64,000 bases of DNA from Vicugna vicugna (lineage: Eukaryota), in assembly GCA_013265495.1 (NCBI GenBank), contig MU057632.1, positions 976,054-1,040,053 on the forward strand, in the 5' to 3' direction. A program made the translations under genes and the position numbers. The notes beneath the pieces are model-generated. The model did no database searches. It saw only the letters and a program-made list of their open reading frames with translations, and had not been told where the DNA came from. How positions within the stretch are numbered: position 1 is the stretch's first letter; each line of letters opens with the position of its first letter. Positions 61,540-64,000 of the stretch are shown in pieces.

Positions 61540-63689
61540 AAAAGCATTTAAAAATATCTTGAACAGTGTTTATTCCATCCAAGGCAATGTAACAAAAAAA
61601 GGCCAATTTGTGACTACTTAACTAAAATAATTTATCATGTGCATATCTGAACCAGAATTTTCAAAAGAAATCCAATTTTAAAAATTCAAAGAAAATATTC
61701 CCCAAGCCACCATTATGTTAAAGTTTAGATAGAATCCCTTATGTACTAAACAGTGTAGTGAAGACAGTTATAAACCTGGAAAAGATTAACTGTTTATATA
61801 AGTTCAACCTGCAACTTATACAAAGCTTTCACTCTTGAGGATCTCCAAGTGGCCATGGTCTGCTGGACTGATCTGTGATTGTTTTGTCCTGATACACCAG
61901 AGACAGAAAGAAGAAAGAGAGACCATTTACACCATGATTGACTTCCACGCAGGACGTCTTCCCATTTGAAAAATACTCAACAAGAAGTCAAGATGCCCAT
62001 CACACCAAAATAGTAATGCTCTTGTTTATGTTTTCGTTCTGCTGTCATGAACTCTGGGCTTGAAAACGGACAGATTCCACCTGGAGTTTTCCTTTTCCTC
62101 ATAGCCTTGGAAACAACAACAAAAATTTACATAAAGTCACAAAACAAAGTGGCCTCAACAGATCTTGTGGCAAGTTAATATCTGAGAACTGTAGGCAAGA
62201 GAGTCTTCTTTCTTTTTCAAAACGTTGGCAACTTAGAATCAAAACCAGCTCTCCAGGGTCCTGAAACCCTGTAGCGATGCACTCTACAGCATCCTGGTGT
62301 TGTAACCACCTGAACGACAAGAGGCAGCTTTTCCCATGACTAATCAACATCTCAGCTGATTTTATTAAATCCAATTTCTCCTCTATCATCTTCTGTGTAT
62401 TTAGGTAAAAAGAATCTGATTAAAATGCATTTGTTCATTTAAATTCCAATTAGCAGTCCACTGAAAATAAAATGTGATTATTTGAAAGAAAAAAACCCCC
62501 CAAAACCTCTAAAGCACATTTTCTGGATAAGCCTTGATTGTGACGCATCACATCCCTTTGAAAAACTGGCACTGATGGCCCCAAGTTGGTGGAAAGCAGG
62601 CAGCCCTGCCTCGGAGGAATCCATCAGGTTTTACCACCGTCTCCCTGGGTAACACTGGGCAGATGCAATAGCTTGACCTCCCTGAACCTCGGGGTCTCGT
62701 CTTAAGCCAGGAGGTGACTGGATGATCCTTTAAACTTCTTTCAGCTCTAAAATCTGATTTTTCTCTTTGTACATGTTTTGTATGCAACACGTGCTCATGT
62801 TTGGTGAGTAAATGACTGCTGAGCAAACTACACGCAACTTTGGGGATATTTATTAAAGACACAGTCCTTTGTACAACCTACAAAAAATACAAAGGGTCTG
62901 CATTTTAGGATGTACTACTGAAAAAAGGATGTGGTCATGTAAATGGTCCAACATTAGACATTTTAAAACACATTCAGATGGTCTGAGTAAATTGACACAG
63001 AATGCTATTAAAAATTTGAAGTTTTAAAAAATATATAAAAAGACAAGTGACTCACATGGTCTTGAAGCAACTTCAAAAATAAAGTCTGCAATGTCATTTA
63101 TAAAAATAAAGCAGTTACTCGATTCCTTTCAGTATAGCTCAGAGAAGAGAGCTGGAGACAAAAGGACCAGGATTTAGTTGAGGCTGATAATTTTGATCTT
63201 GTAAGAAACCCACTGGTTTCTCTGTATTCATATTAGCTCTTTAAATATTATTTATAATCAACAGGTAATATTTTACAATGAAATAGATTTTATGGTGTAC
63301 TTAGATATGCTTCCTTGGATATGACACTCTGGTATTCACTGTTTAAAATATACTTCATGAAGCTTTCTAAGACTATGGCCTGGTGTTATTAACATATGCC
63401 ATTATTTTAGAACATCTCCATCAGACTAGGAATCAGTCCAGTCATTCACCAAGCCCTGACCTTGGTACTGCTAACCCCACTCAGGATACTCCATTTTCCT
63501 GGGCCACAGGGCACAGTCCATCCTCCCTGGGAGCTTGTGCCCCCTACTCCTCACAGACAGCTTCTCCTTACTTGCTGGCTTCCTGGTCTCTCCCAGAGCC
63601 CACCCTGGATCTTATATAAATGTACCCACTCTGGCATTCTTGATCATAATTCCACACTCATTAAATTCCTACTCCCATCACAATCTCTA

Positions 63690-63890
63690 ATTATTTGATC
63701 TATTTATTTATACATATGTGCAAATATATGTCTGTATAAGATTATTTGAGTGTCTCCCCCAATAGAACACAAATTCCACAACAGGACACTCCTTACCTGC
63801 CCTGTTCACTGTTGTCTTCCTGGCACCTGACAGAGTTGACTGATAGACAGCAGACTCTCAACAGATACCTGTCAAATGAATGAACCACTC
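63690..63890 (+). mobile_element. L2 3' end
   Basis: 'tgtctccccc.aatagaacacaaattcca...ctgttcactgttgtcttcctggcacctgacagag...ctcaacagatacctgtcaaatgaatgaa'. Confidence 0.75.
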
Positions 63891-64000
63891 AATGATCACC
63901 ACCAAATATAAATCAAGAACCCTGGCTCATAAAGGCTTATTCACTTCGAAAAACTGATTGTAATTATTTGTCAATATTTTGCTTGCAATTAAATTTTCTG

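Overview
This is mammalian genomic DNA, almost certainly camelid (alpaca/llama/vicuna/camel). The basis is four copies of the tRNA-Ala(AGC)-derived vic-1-type SINE plus several cetartiodactyl-type L1 3' ends. I recognise no host protein-coding exon, RNA gene, CRISPR array or prokaryote-style system. The ORF track consists of chance ORFs and decayed L1 ORF2 or Tigger1 transposase. What can be annotated is interspersed repeats: L1, L2, L3/CR1, MIR, vic-1, MaLR/ERVL/ERV1 LTRs, MER58B, MER53 and Tigger1. Family names come from my recollection of consensus sequences, not a database run, and boundaries of old repeats are approximate. The most informative signals are these. (1) All nine recognisable LTRs lie on the + strand, which suggests the window is inside intron(s) of a minus-strand transcription unit, and several minus-strand candidate exons or splice signals fit this. 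(2) Four perfect palindromes of 10 bp or more fall within 69 bp of a CpG-retaining, motif-rich patch at ~29.55 kb. (3) A MER41-like solo LTR carries decayed STAT/GAS-like sites. (4) An ancient L1 appears collapsed to ~2 kb by three internal deletions. (5) There is a recent tandem duplication with an internal deletion at 57.5 kb. (6) There are three nested insertions. I found no convincing novel biological system; the findings are leads.
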